Positions 1-8,315 of a stretch of DNA of 64,000 bases are shown here, piece by piece (the stretch's first letter is position 1; the number at the start of each line of letters is the position of its first letter). The position numbers and the translations under genes are program-made. The DNA is taken from the IMG/VR virus record IMGVR_UViG_3300025570_000007; one strand, 5' to 3'. Source of the stretch: a virus. The notes below the pieces were generated by a model. It saw only the letters and a program-made list of their open reading frames with translations, did no database searches and was not told the DNA's origin.

Positions 1-984
1 GATGATTGTGTTCGAATGTTTGAACGTGTGAACTGTTATATGTGTACCATCGGGTGCAAATGTTCCAAATCTAACTTTTCCAGCACCCAACCACTGGTAA
101 TCTATCCAATATATATTGTATTTAGATACATCAAGTAAATATGAATCTATTGTGTTGTTCTCCAACTTATCACCGTTCCAATTATCTTGAATAACTGTAT
201 TATCTATAACAGTACCGGTTGATGAATTTCTTACATTTACACTCATTATTGAACCGCTTAGTTCAAAAAATAAACCATCTTCATCATCAAACAAACCCCA
301 TCGTCTTACAACATTGGCTGTTCCTGTATCACCAGAACGGTATGACATTAACATTTCATTACCTTCTCCAGGATTGTATGGAAAATATTGATGTGAAGTA
401 CGTGTTATACGTGAACCAGATGTAATGGGTGTTGAAAGTACTAGTGAACTATCTACTACTGATCCTGTTATTGCACCACCAGCTATAGTTTCATCATAAA
501 AATCTTCCGCGTTATCACCGTATGTGAACATCCAATCAAATACCTTAGAGGCTTGTGAGAATTGAGCATGTCCGAATGCATCGAATCCTAAATCACCTTC
601 GGAATATCTTACATATGAACTACCTTTATCATCTATCTTTTGTGTATTATATGGATTATTACCATCACTCATTACAATCGAAGGAGTGTATATATTTAAT
701 AATGATACAACTGTACCTATATTACCATTAGATACATCACTCAAAACTTCACCTACTGTGAATTCTCCTGTTGTATCAGTAACGTGAATAAAAACTTCAC
801 CATACTTTGTATTCGTTCCTGTGTACGTTCCTGTAATACCGCTGGTATTGCCGATAATTTGTGTACCTACTTCAATCGTTGATAGATCGATTAATATGGT
901 GTTTATTTCAACATCATATCTGTCTATATGTCTTATTCGTTTACCTGTTGAATCAGGTGGTATTCTTACAAATTCTGATGCCAT
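1..984 (-). CDS. Virion structural protein (lectin/beta-sandwich-like), 3' end runs off the window; missing from the ORF track
   Basis: Hand translation from ATG at 984 is open to base 1 (MASEFVRIPPDSTGKRIRH...YFPYNPGEG...RRWGLFDDEDGLFF...IYWIDYQWLGAGKVRFG). Late-promoter motif at 1008-1015. Confidence 0.75.
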   Translation of the reverse strand, partial: MASEFVRIPPDSTGKRIRHIDRYDVEINTILIDLSTIEVGTQIIGNTSGITGTYTGTNTKYGEVFIHVTDTTGEFTVGEVLSDVSNGNIGTVVSLLNIYTPSIVMSDGNNPYNTQKIDDKGSSYVRYSEGDLGFDAFGHAQFSQASKVFDWMFTYGDNAEDFYDETIAGGAITGSVVDSSLVLSTPITSGSRITRTSHQYFPYNPGEGNEMLMSYRSGDTGTANVVRRWGLFDDEDGLFFELSGSIMSVNVRNSSTGTVIDNTVIQDNWNGDKLENNTIDSYLLDVSKYNIYWIDYQWLGAGKVRFGTFAPDGTHITVHTFKHSNTII

Positions 985-1030
985 GTTAATTATGTGCTAG
1001 TATATTATATAAATATGGAAGTTTTTATGT

Positions 1031-1237
1031 TTACTGCTTTCTTCCTGTATTCATTTGCTTTGTCAGTTTATCAGAGATCTCTGCGTAATTAGTTCTTATC
1101 TCGGTTGATGCCTTATCCATTAACGGCATTACTTCGTTTTGCACAAATAAAAATAGTGAATTTGGTGATGCATCTGCTTTAAAGAACTGTTCTTGTAATT
1201 GTCTTATTTTTTGTGTAGCTAAATCTATGTTGTTCAT
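1031..1237 (-). CDS. Small helical hypothetical protein
   Basis: 68-aa ORF downstream of the host-type promoter at 1270-1299. Confidence 0.65.
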   Translation of the reverse strand: MNNIDLATQKIRQLQEQFFKADASPNSLFLFVQNEVMPLMDKASTEIRTNYAEISDKLTKQMNTGRKQ

Positions 1238-1300
1238 TCTTCTGTTATTAGTTTACTTATACTATCTTTTAATATACGATTTTTCTTCCGTATCTCCAAA

Positions 1301-1492
1301 CTATCTTACCATTCCTATAATAAAACCGTCTTCACTTACTAATCTTATCCTTATTCCATCGAACATAGTACACCTGTATATACCTTCAGTGAAGGGTAAG
1401 CCTACGTTCTGTCTTATCTGTGTTGGTGTTTCAAATAATTTTCCTAGAAAATCTTTTGAATTTGATTCTGTAACTTGAAATTTCTTTATCAT
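1301..1492 (-). CDS. Small hypothetical protein
   Basis: 63-aa ORF whose start overlaps the upstream stop by 4 nt. Confidence 0.55.
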   Translation of the reverse strand: MIKKFQVTESNSKDFLGKLFETPTQIRQNVGLPFTEGIYRCTMFDGIRIRLVSEDGFIIGMVR

Positions 1493-3072
1493 GGGTTATT
1501 ATAGTACCTGTCCGGTTGTTGTTGTATAGGTACAGTAGATGTTGTACCAGGTAGTGTATAGTTAATAGAGATGTACACATAAGCTAAGTTATGTATAACA
1601 ATTGTAGTAGCTGTTGAGGCTGCTAATGAAAATGTAAAGCTCCTATTATCCACTGTTCCATCTGTTGCATTTTCAATTCCTGCTAATTCAGTATTTGTTC
1701 CAAAAGCCAATACCCTTACTTCTGTACTATCCCTTAATCCTGATAATGTAATGGATACGTTATTATTTATGGTAGTTGTAGCTCCTGTTCCGTTTCTAAC
1801 ACTAACTACCCCTGTTGTATCAGAAACGTTAAGAGTAACTGCTCCTCCACTGTTGTTGTATATAACTTCATTACCCGTTGAACCATCTACTGTGTTGTAT
1901 CCCTCAAAGGTATTACCTGAAAGAGAGTATGTATTTCCTGCAGTTGCGGTTGATAATTCCATAGCATGATTAGTTGCTGCAGAAGACCCGGTTGTAAAGA
2001 AATTACCCTGCACTAGGGTTGGGTTATTTGATAATAGGGAAACGGTATTTTGAGAATCTACAAATGTGCAAACGTCAACCGATGCACTTCCTTGTGTAAC
2101 TAGTCCACAACGTCTCCAAGTAACTCCCTCTAGTGCACTATTTGATTGAAATATAAAGGTACTCATATCTGTAAATACACAAGTATTTAATGAAACAGTA
2201 GCATTATCTATTACTTCAAATTCACCTTTGGCACGTGTACCAAGTGAAGAAATAAGAACCGAAGTCCATTCTATATTTGAAGATGCGTTGTGTACTTCAA
2301 TTCTATTGAAATCCGTACCTACCATTTCGGTATCATCAATGTTTAGTACAACGTTGGAATCTCTCATATCTACCGAAGTACCGCTTAATCCCAAACTCAT
2401 TAAACCTTTCCATAAATAAGAACCACCTTGGTCTTGAATCAATCCAAATCTACCTGTTGTTGGATTATCATTTACTGCTGCGTATCCAGCAAACGTTGCG
2501 TATCCATTTGCTAAATCACCATCGGTAAATCTTGATTCACCTCTACCATATCTGATAATATCTATTGTATATGCGTTACCCTTTTGAGGTGTTGATGTTG
2601 GACAGAATACACCGAACCCTACGGTGTTATATGTTGTTGTTGGTGAACCTTGTGTTTGTGTTGCCAATGTTGTTTCAGTTGGGTCTACCACATAATTTTC
2701 CCATCCACCATATTCATAAGTTTCTGCACCACCCATATACCAACCACGGTAATTTGCCGCAGTGTTACCTATCAATACTCTAAGTCCACCATTTGCCTTT
2801 GAACCCAATGAGTTAGGTGCGAACCATTTGAACCATACAAAATAATGTGTTGTTCCTGCTGTCCAAGTTGGTTGTGTTCCTGTAAATACTAAAGCACCAA
2901 GTGTGGTTTTTCTCATAGCCTCTGAAATACATACTGTACCGTAGATTGCTAAATCACCATCAACCTCACCTGCACCATTCAAATCTGTCATACCTGTTGG
3001 TTCTGACCAACCCGTTATAGATGTAACATCGTTATATGTAAGTAAGTCGGTTGTGTAAGCTGGTGCTGCCAT
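1489..3072 (-). CDS. Virion/tail-associated protein with probable right-handed beta-helix
   Basis: 527 aa, T/G/S/N-rich, with beta-helix-like repeats (SLNTCVF, VDVCTFV, LSGNTFE). Confidence 0.6.
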   Translation of the reverse strand: MAAPAYTTDLLTYNDVTSITGWSEPTGMTDLNGAGEVDGDLAIYGTVCISEAMRKTTLGALVFTGTQPTWTAGTTHYFVWFKWFAPNSLGSKANGGLRVLIGNTAANYRGWYMGGAETYEYGGWENYVVDPTETTLATQTQGSPTTTYNTVGFGVFCPTSTPQKGNAYTIDIIRYGRGESRFTDGDLANGYATFAGYAAVNDNPTTGRFGLIQDQGGSYLWKGLMSLGLSGTSVDMRDSNVVLNIDDTEMVGTDFNRIEVHNASSNIEWTSVLISSLGTRAKGEFEVIDNATVSLNTCVFTDMSTFIFQSNSALEGVTWRRCGLVTQGSASVDVCTFVDSQNTVSLLSNNPTLVQGNFFTTGSSAATNHAMELSTATAGNTYSLSGNTFEGYNTVDGSTGNEVIYNNSGGAVTLNVSDTTGVVSVRNGTGATTTINNNVSITLSGLRDSTEVRVLAFGTNTELAGIENATDGTVDNRSFTFSLAASTATTIVIHNLAYVYISINYTLPGTTSTVPIQQQPDRYYNNP

Positions 3073-3518
3073 TATTTAATTTTCTCGTATTCGTTCATTA
3101 CAATTCTTTGTACAATTTCTTTTTTATGACCCTCTGCTAAGAAGAATTCATTAGGTTCTTTTGTAAATGAAGAGGCTATTACCGATATCCCTTTCTCATT
3201 TAAGTCCTGAATGTGTTCCATTACGGGCTTGCTTTGATATGCTTCAGTATCCTGGTAATGACATAAAGCTAGGTAAATCCTAGTTGTTATTCTTTCAAAA
3301 ATAACATTACAGTTATCAGGTCTTAGATGTTCATCCATTTCTTCTGTAGATAAATAGACACAATCAAAATTAATACATGAATTAGGTCGATTTTCGTAGA
3401 TGTTACACCCTTTCTTGATTGTGCAATTACCGCATAAAGTATTTATAGGCTTCCCTAGTTCAGGGATTGGCAGTAGTTCGCAACATAAGGTGCAATCTCC
3501 ACATGTATTCTTACTCAT
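3072..3518 (-). CDS. CxxCxxCC (YkgJ-like) metal/Fe-S cluster protein
   Basis: CGDCTLCC...CGNC...CNIYENRPNSCINFDC motif. Confidence 0.7.
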   Translation of the reverse strand: MSKNTCGDCTLCCELLPIPELGKPINTLCGNCTIKKGCNIYENRPNSCINFDCVYLSTEEMDEHLRPDNCNVIFERITTRIYLALCHYQDTEAYQSKPVMEHIQDLNEKGISVIASSFTKEPNEFFLAEGHKKEIVQRIVMNEYEKIK

Positions 3519-3535
3519 ATAACTTATTTTTAACT

Positions 3536-3561
3536 AAAAAAGGAAGGAATTGCTCCCTTCC
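3536..3561 (-). terminator. Intrinsic terminator
   Basis: Sense GGAAGGGA-GCAA-TTCCTTCC followed by T6, after the 3591-4973 gene. Confidence 0.75.
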
Positions 3562-3590
3562 CTCTTATTAGCTTATTTTAGATCCCTTTA

Positions 3591-4973
3591 TTATGGGTTC
3601 AAGTAGTTTCTTTCTAAGGCAGCAACGAAGTTGACAGTGTTTGCTGTACTTCTTGTAAATGTTCCTGTAGTTACAACATACTGTGCTGCTGTTAACCCTA
3701 AAGCTACAGCTGTGAATGGTACATCTGATCCAGATGAATCAGAACCCCTTTGTATATTTCCATCGTAATCATAATCGAATCCTACACTAGCACTTGTTGC
3801 TACAGATCCTGTTAAAGGTCCTGTACTATTAGTGTCAATTACAATAGCTTCCTGTGTTCCAAAGTCTCTACCTGTATTATCACCAGCATCATCGTTTGTA
3901 AAGAATACTTTATAGATTGAATCAGTATCACCTGTTAAGTTAGTGTTAAATAATAAGTTACCGGCTGCAACGAATGGGAACGTTCTAACTGATCCACTTA
4001 CATCTGTAAATTCTAATCTGTTGGTATCTGCTGCTAAGAACGTATCAATGTAAACTCCATCTGATGTTCTTAAGGTATCTCCAATGAATGATAATAGCCC
4101 CTCTGCAACATCACCACGTAATTGATTAACTAGATCAGCATCAATATCTGTAGACTGTCTAAGTGACCATTGTACAAATTCGTAAATTTCCTCTGCTGTA
4201 CCACTATTACCTTCAACAATAATATTATAATCGTAAGGAGTTCCACCAATCGTTCTTTGAATAGAAGAAGTATGGTATGTAATACTCATTCCTGTATATG
4301 GTGTAGATCCTGTAATAATATTATCTACTGCAGTAATTTTTAAATCGGTTGCGTTTGCTAACGGTAAGGCATATTTCCTATACGTTATAGCAGCTAAATT
4401 CTGCTCTGTTAATAAATCGTAGAAACCGTATGTTTTTCCTTGCTCACGCAGGTATATTTTATAGAATCCTCTGTAATCGAAGTTTGATGATCCTGAAGCG
4501 AATATCTGAACTCCCTGATTTACCTCACCCGGTAGTATAATAGTTTCGGGTATTGCTGTTGCAAATCCTACTAAGGCTGGATCTTGCTGTAAGAAGTAAG
4601 CTTGGTCAGTAGTTGCATTATCAAATGCTCCTAATGATGTAATATTCATCCACTCTTCTGTGTTAGCTGATGTGTCAGGACTTACAACAGCCCATCCACC
4701 ATCTCTGATCAAATACTTACTTTGGCTGTTAATAAGGTTCCATCCGTTAATCATCTCAAACTGTTCCGATGTAATCGAAACCATTGGGAATGGGAACTTA
4801 ATAAGGTTATTATCATTTTTCCACTCTTCCTTAATAAAGGAATATAGTGTTTGCATAGATACGCCATCTGTTGATAACGTTCCTGCGATGTTTAGTTGAA
4901 TATCTAACGAGCCTGTTACGAAATTTACCTCTACGCCCTGATTTAAATCATCCGGATCAATTATTTTTGCCAT
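3591..4973 (-). CDS. Virion structural protein
   Basis: 460 aa, T/G/S/D-rich, many SGS/TGS motifs. C-terminus LERNYLNP resembles the neighbour's PDRYYNNP. Confidence 0.6.
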   Translation of the reverse strand: MAKIIDPDDLNQGVEVNFVTGSLDIQLNIAGTLSTDGVSMQTLYSFIKEEWKNDNNLIKFPFPMVSITSEQFEMINGWNLINSQSKYLIRDGGWAVVSPDTSANTEEWMNITSLGAFDNATTDQAYFLQQDPALVGFATAIPETIILPGEVNQGVQIFASGSSNFDYRGFYKIYLREQGKTYGFYDLLTEQNLAAITYRKYALPLANATDLKITAVDNIITGSTPYTGMSITYHTSSIQRTIGGTPYDYNIIVEGNSGTAEEIYEFVQWSLRQSTDIDADLVNQLRGDVAEGLLSFIGDTLRTSDGVYIDTFLAADTNRLEFTDVSGSVRTFPFVAAGNLLFNTNLTGDTDSIYKVFFTNDDAGDNTGRDFGTQEAIVIDTNSTGPLTGSVATSASVGFDYDYDGNIQRGSDSSGSDVPFTAVALGLTAAQYVVTTGTFTRSTANTVNFVAALERNYLNP

Positions 4974-4974
4974 T

Positions 4975-5520
4975 TTACTTTAGTTTTTTTAATACTTCAT
5001 TTAATAGTGAGTCCACTGGTTGTTTTACTTTATACTTTTCTACATACCCTCCTAATAACGGTGTAGCTATGTCGATATTTTCTCTTAAATTAGCCTTAGT
5101 AATACCTTTCATTTTAAACAGCTCTAACACAACGTCACTATGTGTCTTCTTAGGTGTTTTTGGTGTTTCTACTTTAACTACTAGTTTTTGCTCTCTTATA
5201 GAAGGTTTACTGTTTTCCGCTACTTCTACTGTTACCTTCTTACTGGTCTTGATTAGAAATTCCCCACTCCATGGTGAGAAGAAAGTATCATTAGCTATTA
5301 CTTCTAATTTCAGATTTCCTGATGTACCTTCTTTAAGAAAGCCTTTCAGTTTAGTAACTGGTACTGTACATTCCCCACTGGAGTCTACTTTACCTTCAAA
5401 TAAAAGGCTAGCACCTGTATTTTCAAATACTAGTCTAGCTTGAACATCGTCTATATCTGAACCTTCTACTCCAATCTTACATTTAAAGTCTTCGGTTTTG
5501 TCGGTATAAAATGTATGCAT
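4975..5520 (-). CDS. Hypothetical late protein (Ig/adaptor-like N-domain)
   Basis: 181-aa ORF preceded by the late motif at 5534-5541. Confidence 0.6.
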   Translation of the reverse strand: MHTFYTDKTEDFKCKIGVEGSDIDDVQARLVFENTGASLLFEGKVDSSGECTVPVTKLKGFLKEGTSGNLKLEVIANDTFFSPWSGEFLIKTSKKVTVEVAENSKPSIREQKLVVKVETPKTPKKTHSDVVLELFKMKGITKANLRENIDIATPLLGGYVEKYKVKQPVDSLLNEVLKKLK

Positions 5521-5586
5521 TTAATTCGTTTATTATAAATAGCGAGAAGTTATTGAAACGGTGTTCCGGCAATTATTATTAAATCT

Positions 5587-5613
5587 AAAAAAAAGACCAA
5601 GAGTTACTTGGTC
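5587..5613 (-). terminator. Intrinsic terminator after queC
   Basis: Sense GACCAAG-TAACT-CTTGGTC-T8. Confidence 0.8.
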
Positions 5614-5637
5614 CTTATAAATAGTGTATGTTATTAA

Positions 5638-6513
5638 TTAACTTGCTGTATGTTCTGCTAAAACTTTTTCTACTGCTGCTCTTGCTACTTCGTATTCTAC
5701 AGGACCTGTTTCGTCTGCATATGCTACAGGATCAAGTCTTCCTAGTTTAATAAATGCCTCTATACGTTCTACTGAAGATGCTGATTTATAATCAGAATAC
5801 CATTTACCGTGTATGCTTCCGTCATCGTTCTTTACAAAGTCGCTTTGAATGAAGATTGGCTTGTATGAAGTATTGGTTCTTGAATAGACTTCATCGAAAT
5901 CTAATCCTAATTTTTTACATACTACTAATCCGTCTTCTAGTATACCAAATTTATCGGTATTTAAATAAGGTGTAAAATACCCTACTCTTTCTGCATCCCA
6001 ATTACCCATTCTAAAAGCTGCATCATCGGCATCTCTAAACTCTTGACGACAGTCGGGATATACTGCATGATCTCCTGCATGTATTCCTAATGCAATATCA
6101 CAAGTTTCTCCTGTTCTATTTGCAATTGATAAAGCTACGGCTTGAGCAATAGAAGCAAACATCTTGTTACGGTTAGGTACAACTGTTTCTTTCATATTAT
6201 CTTGCTCATAATGTCCTTCCGGAACATCTTTACCTCCTGTCACTAGTGCCGAGTCTAATAGGTCTACTAGTCCGTCTAACTTAATTTGACGGTACGTAAT
6301 TAAGTCCACATCTGGTTCAACAAGGTCTTTTATGCTACTGTTAAGGTTAACGTAACTTACTAGCGATACAGCTCTTTCTAACTCTACTCTATGTTTTTGA
6401 CCGTAATCAAATGAGATAGCAGTTACGGTATCGTACTCTGTTAAAGCTCTTAATAGTAATGTTGAGGAATCCATCCCTCCTGATAAGGATACTACTACAT
6501 GTTTTTTTGCCAT
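5638..6513 (-). CDS. queC: 7-cyano-7-deazaguanine (preQ0) synthase
   Basis: PP-loop SGGMDS, FDYGQKH, VPNRN, GIHAGDHAVYPDCR. Confidence 0.95.
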   Translation of the reverse strand: MAKKHVVVSLSGGMDSSTLLLRALTEYDTVTAISFDYGQKHRVELERAVSLVSYVNLNSSIKDLVEPDVDLITYRQIKLDGLVDLLDSALVTGGKDVPEGHYEQDNMKETVVPNRNKMFASIAQAVALSIANRTGETCDIALGIHAGDHAVYPDCRQEFRDADDAAFRMGNWDAERVGYFTPYLNTDKFGILEDGLVVCKKLGLDFDEVYSRTNTSYKPIFIQSDFVKNDDGSIHGKWYSDYKSASSVERIEAFIKLGRLDPVAYADETGPVEYEVARAAVEKVLAEHTAS

Positions 6514-6531
6514 GTTTATTTAAATTTAAAA

Positions 6532-6567
6532 TTTGCCAGGTATTGTAAAGCGTATAGGCAAACGCTT
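6532..6567 (-). ncRNA. Candidate H-type pseudoknot in the queC leader (putative riboswitch or operator)
   Basis: Sense AAGCGU-UUGCC-UAU-ACGCUU-UACAAUACCU-GGCAAA gives P1 AAGCGU/ACGCUU and P2 UUGCC/GGCAA. Confidence 0.5.
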
Positions 6568-6571
6568 GAAC

Positions 6572-6877
6572 TTAATCGACGTTTGCGATACTGCTCATTT
6601 TATCTTTAATCTCTTCCCAAGCTTTAAGATAAGCACCCACTGTTTTGTAGTGTTTGTTTTTATGGTCTTGAAGGTACTTAGCTGTTCTCTTCAGTGCTGA
6701 GTTAAATGTTGAGGGGTAACATAGTGCATCAATATACTTTGTGTTATTCTCTCCTCTAATTACTCTTTTGTAAATGGTATACCCTCCTGCATCTGATTTT
6801 GTAATAAAGTAAGGTTCCATTGCTGGGTCTTCAATGATTGTATCTCTTGAAGGAATTGAATCTGGTTTACGTAACAT
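6572..6877 (-). CDS. Hypothetical protein
   Basis: 101-aa ORF in the queC operon. Confidence 0.7.
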   Translation of the reverse strand: MLRKPDSIPSRDTIIEDPAMEPYFITKSDAGGYTIYKRVIRGENNTKYIDALCYPSTFNSALKRTAKYLQDHKNKHYKTVGAYLKAWEEIKDKMSSIANVD

Positions 6878-6898
6878 AACTTATTTAATTTATAAAAT

Positions 6899-7243
6899 TT
6901 ATTTCCAAAATACTTGTACTACTACTATAATAAAAGACAGAAGTAAGGTAATACCTGTCTTAAGGTTTATACCTTCCCCCAGATGTACATAAGTTAGAGA
7001 AGCCATAATAATCATACCTGTTGAAAAACCTACTAACCTTCCTGGCCATAATAAGCCGTCAAAGCCTTTTACCGCATACGTTGTTGCAACTATTAGTATA
7101 TAACTCACAGGCCATCCTATTATTGCTAACAGCCAAGGCCTATCTTTTGCCCATTCTGACAGGAATTGGGCATTTGTCTGGTACCATATGATCAGTTGAC
7201 CGGCTGTGAATAGGCAGAGTGCTATTATTATATCTTTATTCAC
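6899..7243 (-). CDS. Small four-TM membrane protein (DMT/SMR-like size and topology)
   Basis: 114 aa with four hydrophobic segments and a C-terminal HLGEGINLKTGI resembling DMT motifs. GTG start. Confidence 0.6.
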   Translation of the reverse strand: MNKDIIIALCLFTAGQLIIWYQTNAQFLSEWAKDRPWLLAIIGWPVSYILIVATTYAVKGFDGLLWPGRLVGFSTGMIIMASLTYVHLGEGINLKTGITLLLSFIIVVVQVFWK

Positions 7244-7387
7244 CTATTGAACGCCTCTTGCTCTGTAGTGGTTAGCTCTAGATCTCTTTTCTATCTTTGT
7301 CTTGATAGTATCTCCTTTTACTGTGTTAAATTGCTTTAACCATTCATCTAACTGTGCTACTCTTGCTCTTGCGCTATTTTTTGACAT
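7244..7387 (-). CDS. Small basic hypothetical protein (47 aa); missing from the ORF track
   Basis: MSKNSARARVAQLDEWLKQF...RARGVQ*. First gene after the promoter at 7409-7438 and abuts the next start codon. Confidence 0.6.
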   Translation of the reverse strand: MSKNSARARVAQLDEWLKQFNTVKGDTIKTKIEKRSRANHYRARGVQ

Positions 7388-7408
7388 CTTTATCTAGTTT
7401 ATTTACAT

Positions 7409-7438
7409 TAAGATAAGGTAATTTTCCCACATAGCCAA
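7409..7438 (-). promoter_or_regulatory. Bacteroidota-type host RNAP promoter (queC operon)
   Basis: Sense TTG-N20-TATCTTA. Confidence 0.7.
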
Positions 7439-7876
7439 CTATTTCATCTTATTTCCATCGACTGTAATCTCATGCCAGTGTACTCGACCTTCCTCAATTG
7501 CTTTTTTTATATTTTTCTGCTTTCCCATTAGGAAAGCGTTTCCACTTTTCACCTCTACAAAATGTACTGAAGCTTTTGATGGACTTCCTGAGTCTTTAAA
7601 GCAGACATAGTCTATAGGCATTCCTAGAAATACGCAATCTTCTGGCGGAACGGGGAAATCAGTCATGAAGGGTACGAAATGTTCAATAGTCTTACCCCAT
7701 TGTACTGCGCCTGATCTCTTCTTAGCATCTATTCTAATCCTGCCTCTCTCTTTTTCAAATTCTTCCTTAATTTGCTGAACTTCTTTTTGATGTTCTTTGG
7801 TTCTTTTTTTTGAGGCTACGTAACTAACTGCTAGACCTATTAACAGTATTATTGCTATCCCTATGTTTATTCCCAT
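7439..7876 (-). CDS. Holliday-junction-resolvase-related PD-(D/E)XK endonuclease with N-terminal membrane anchor
   Basis: GKTIEHFVPF...FLGMPIDYVCF...FVEVKSG, with a hydrophobic N-terminus and coiled coil. Confidence 0.8.
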   Translation of the reverse strand: MGINIGIAIILLIGLAVSYVASKKRTKEHQKEVQQIKEEFEKERGRIRIDAKKRSGAVQWGKTIEHFVPFMTDFPVPPEDCVFLGMPIDYVCFKDSGSPSKASVHFVEVKSGNAFLMGKQKNIKKAIEEGRVHWHEITVDGNKMK

Positions 7877-7920
7877 ACTATCTTCTGTTTTAATTAACCT
7901 TTATTTTAGTAAGTTTCGTA

Positions 7921-8286
7921 TTAATTAAGTATTCCCTTTAGCCAAGAGTACCTTTTTCTAGTTTCAAAGTAATCTAAGTTATTCTGGTTAGCGTATGCTT
8001 CTTTTTCTGCTGCTAAATGATAATATGCTTTAGATCCAAATTTAAAAAGTTTAAAAGCCCACTCTATTACGTACAGTAGGTAGAAGGGGACTACCCCTAT
8101 TTCTAAAGCTTGTTGAAAATGTATCGATTCGTGATTAACGGTTGTTATTCCTTTCTTAGCATGAGTGCCTCCCTCTTTATACTTTTCTCTAAGAATAATA
8201 AAGGGCCACAGTGAAATGCCTCCTATGCTCATAAATATTGAAATGCTTTTTAAAAATCTGTCACTGTATATAATTACTGGTTTCAT
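7921..8286 (-). CDS. HExxH zincin-like membrane-associated protein
   Basis: NHESIHFQQ followed by E(K)EAY. Confidence 0.65.
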   Translation of the reverse strand: MKPVIIYSDRFLKSISIFMSIGGISLWPFIILREKYKEGGTHAKKGITTVNHESIHFQQALEIGVVPFYLLYVIEWAFKLFKFGSKAYYHLAAEKEAYANQNNLDYFETRKRYSWLKGILN

Positions 8287-8315
8287 ATTGGTGTTTTATT
8301 CTGATAAATATAGGT

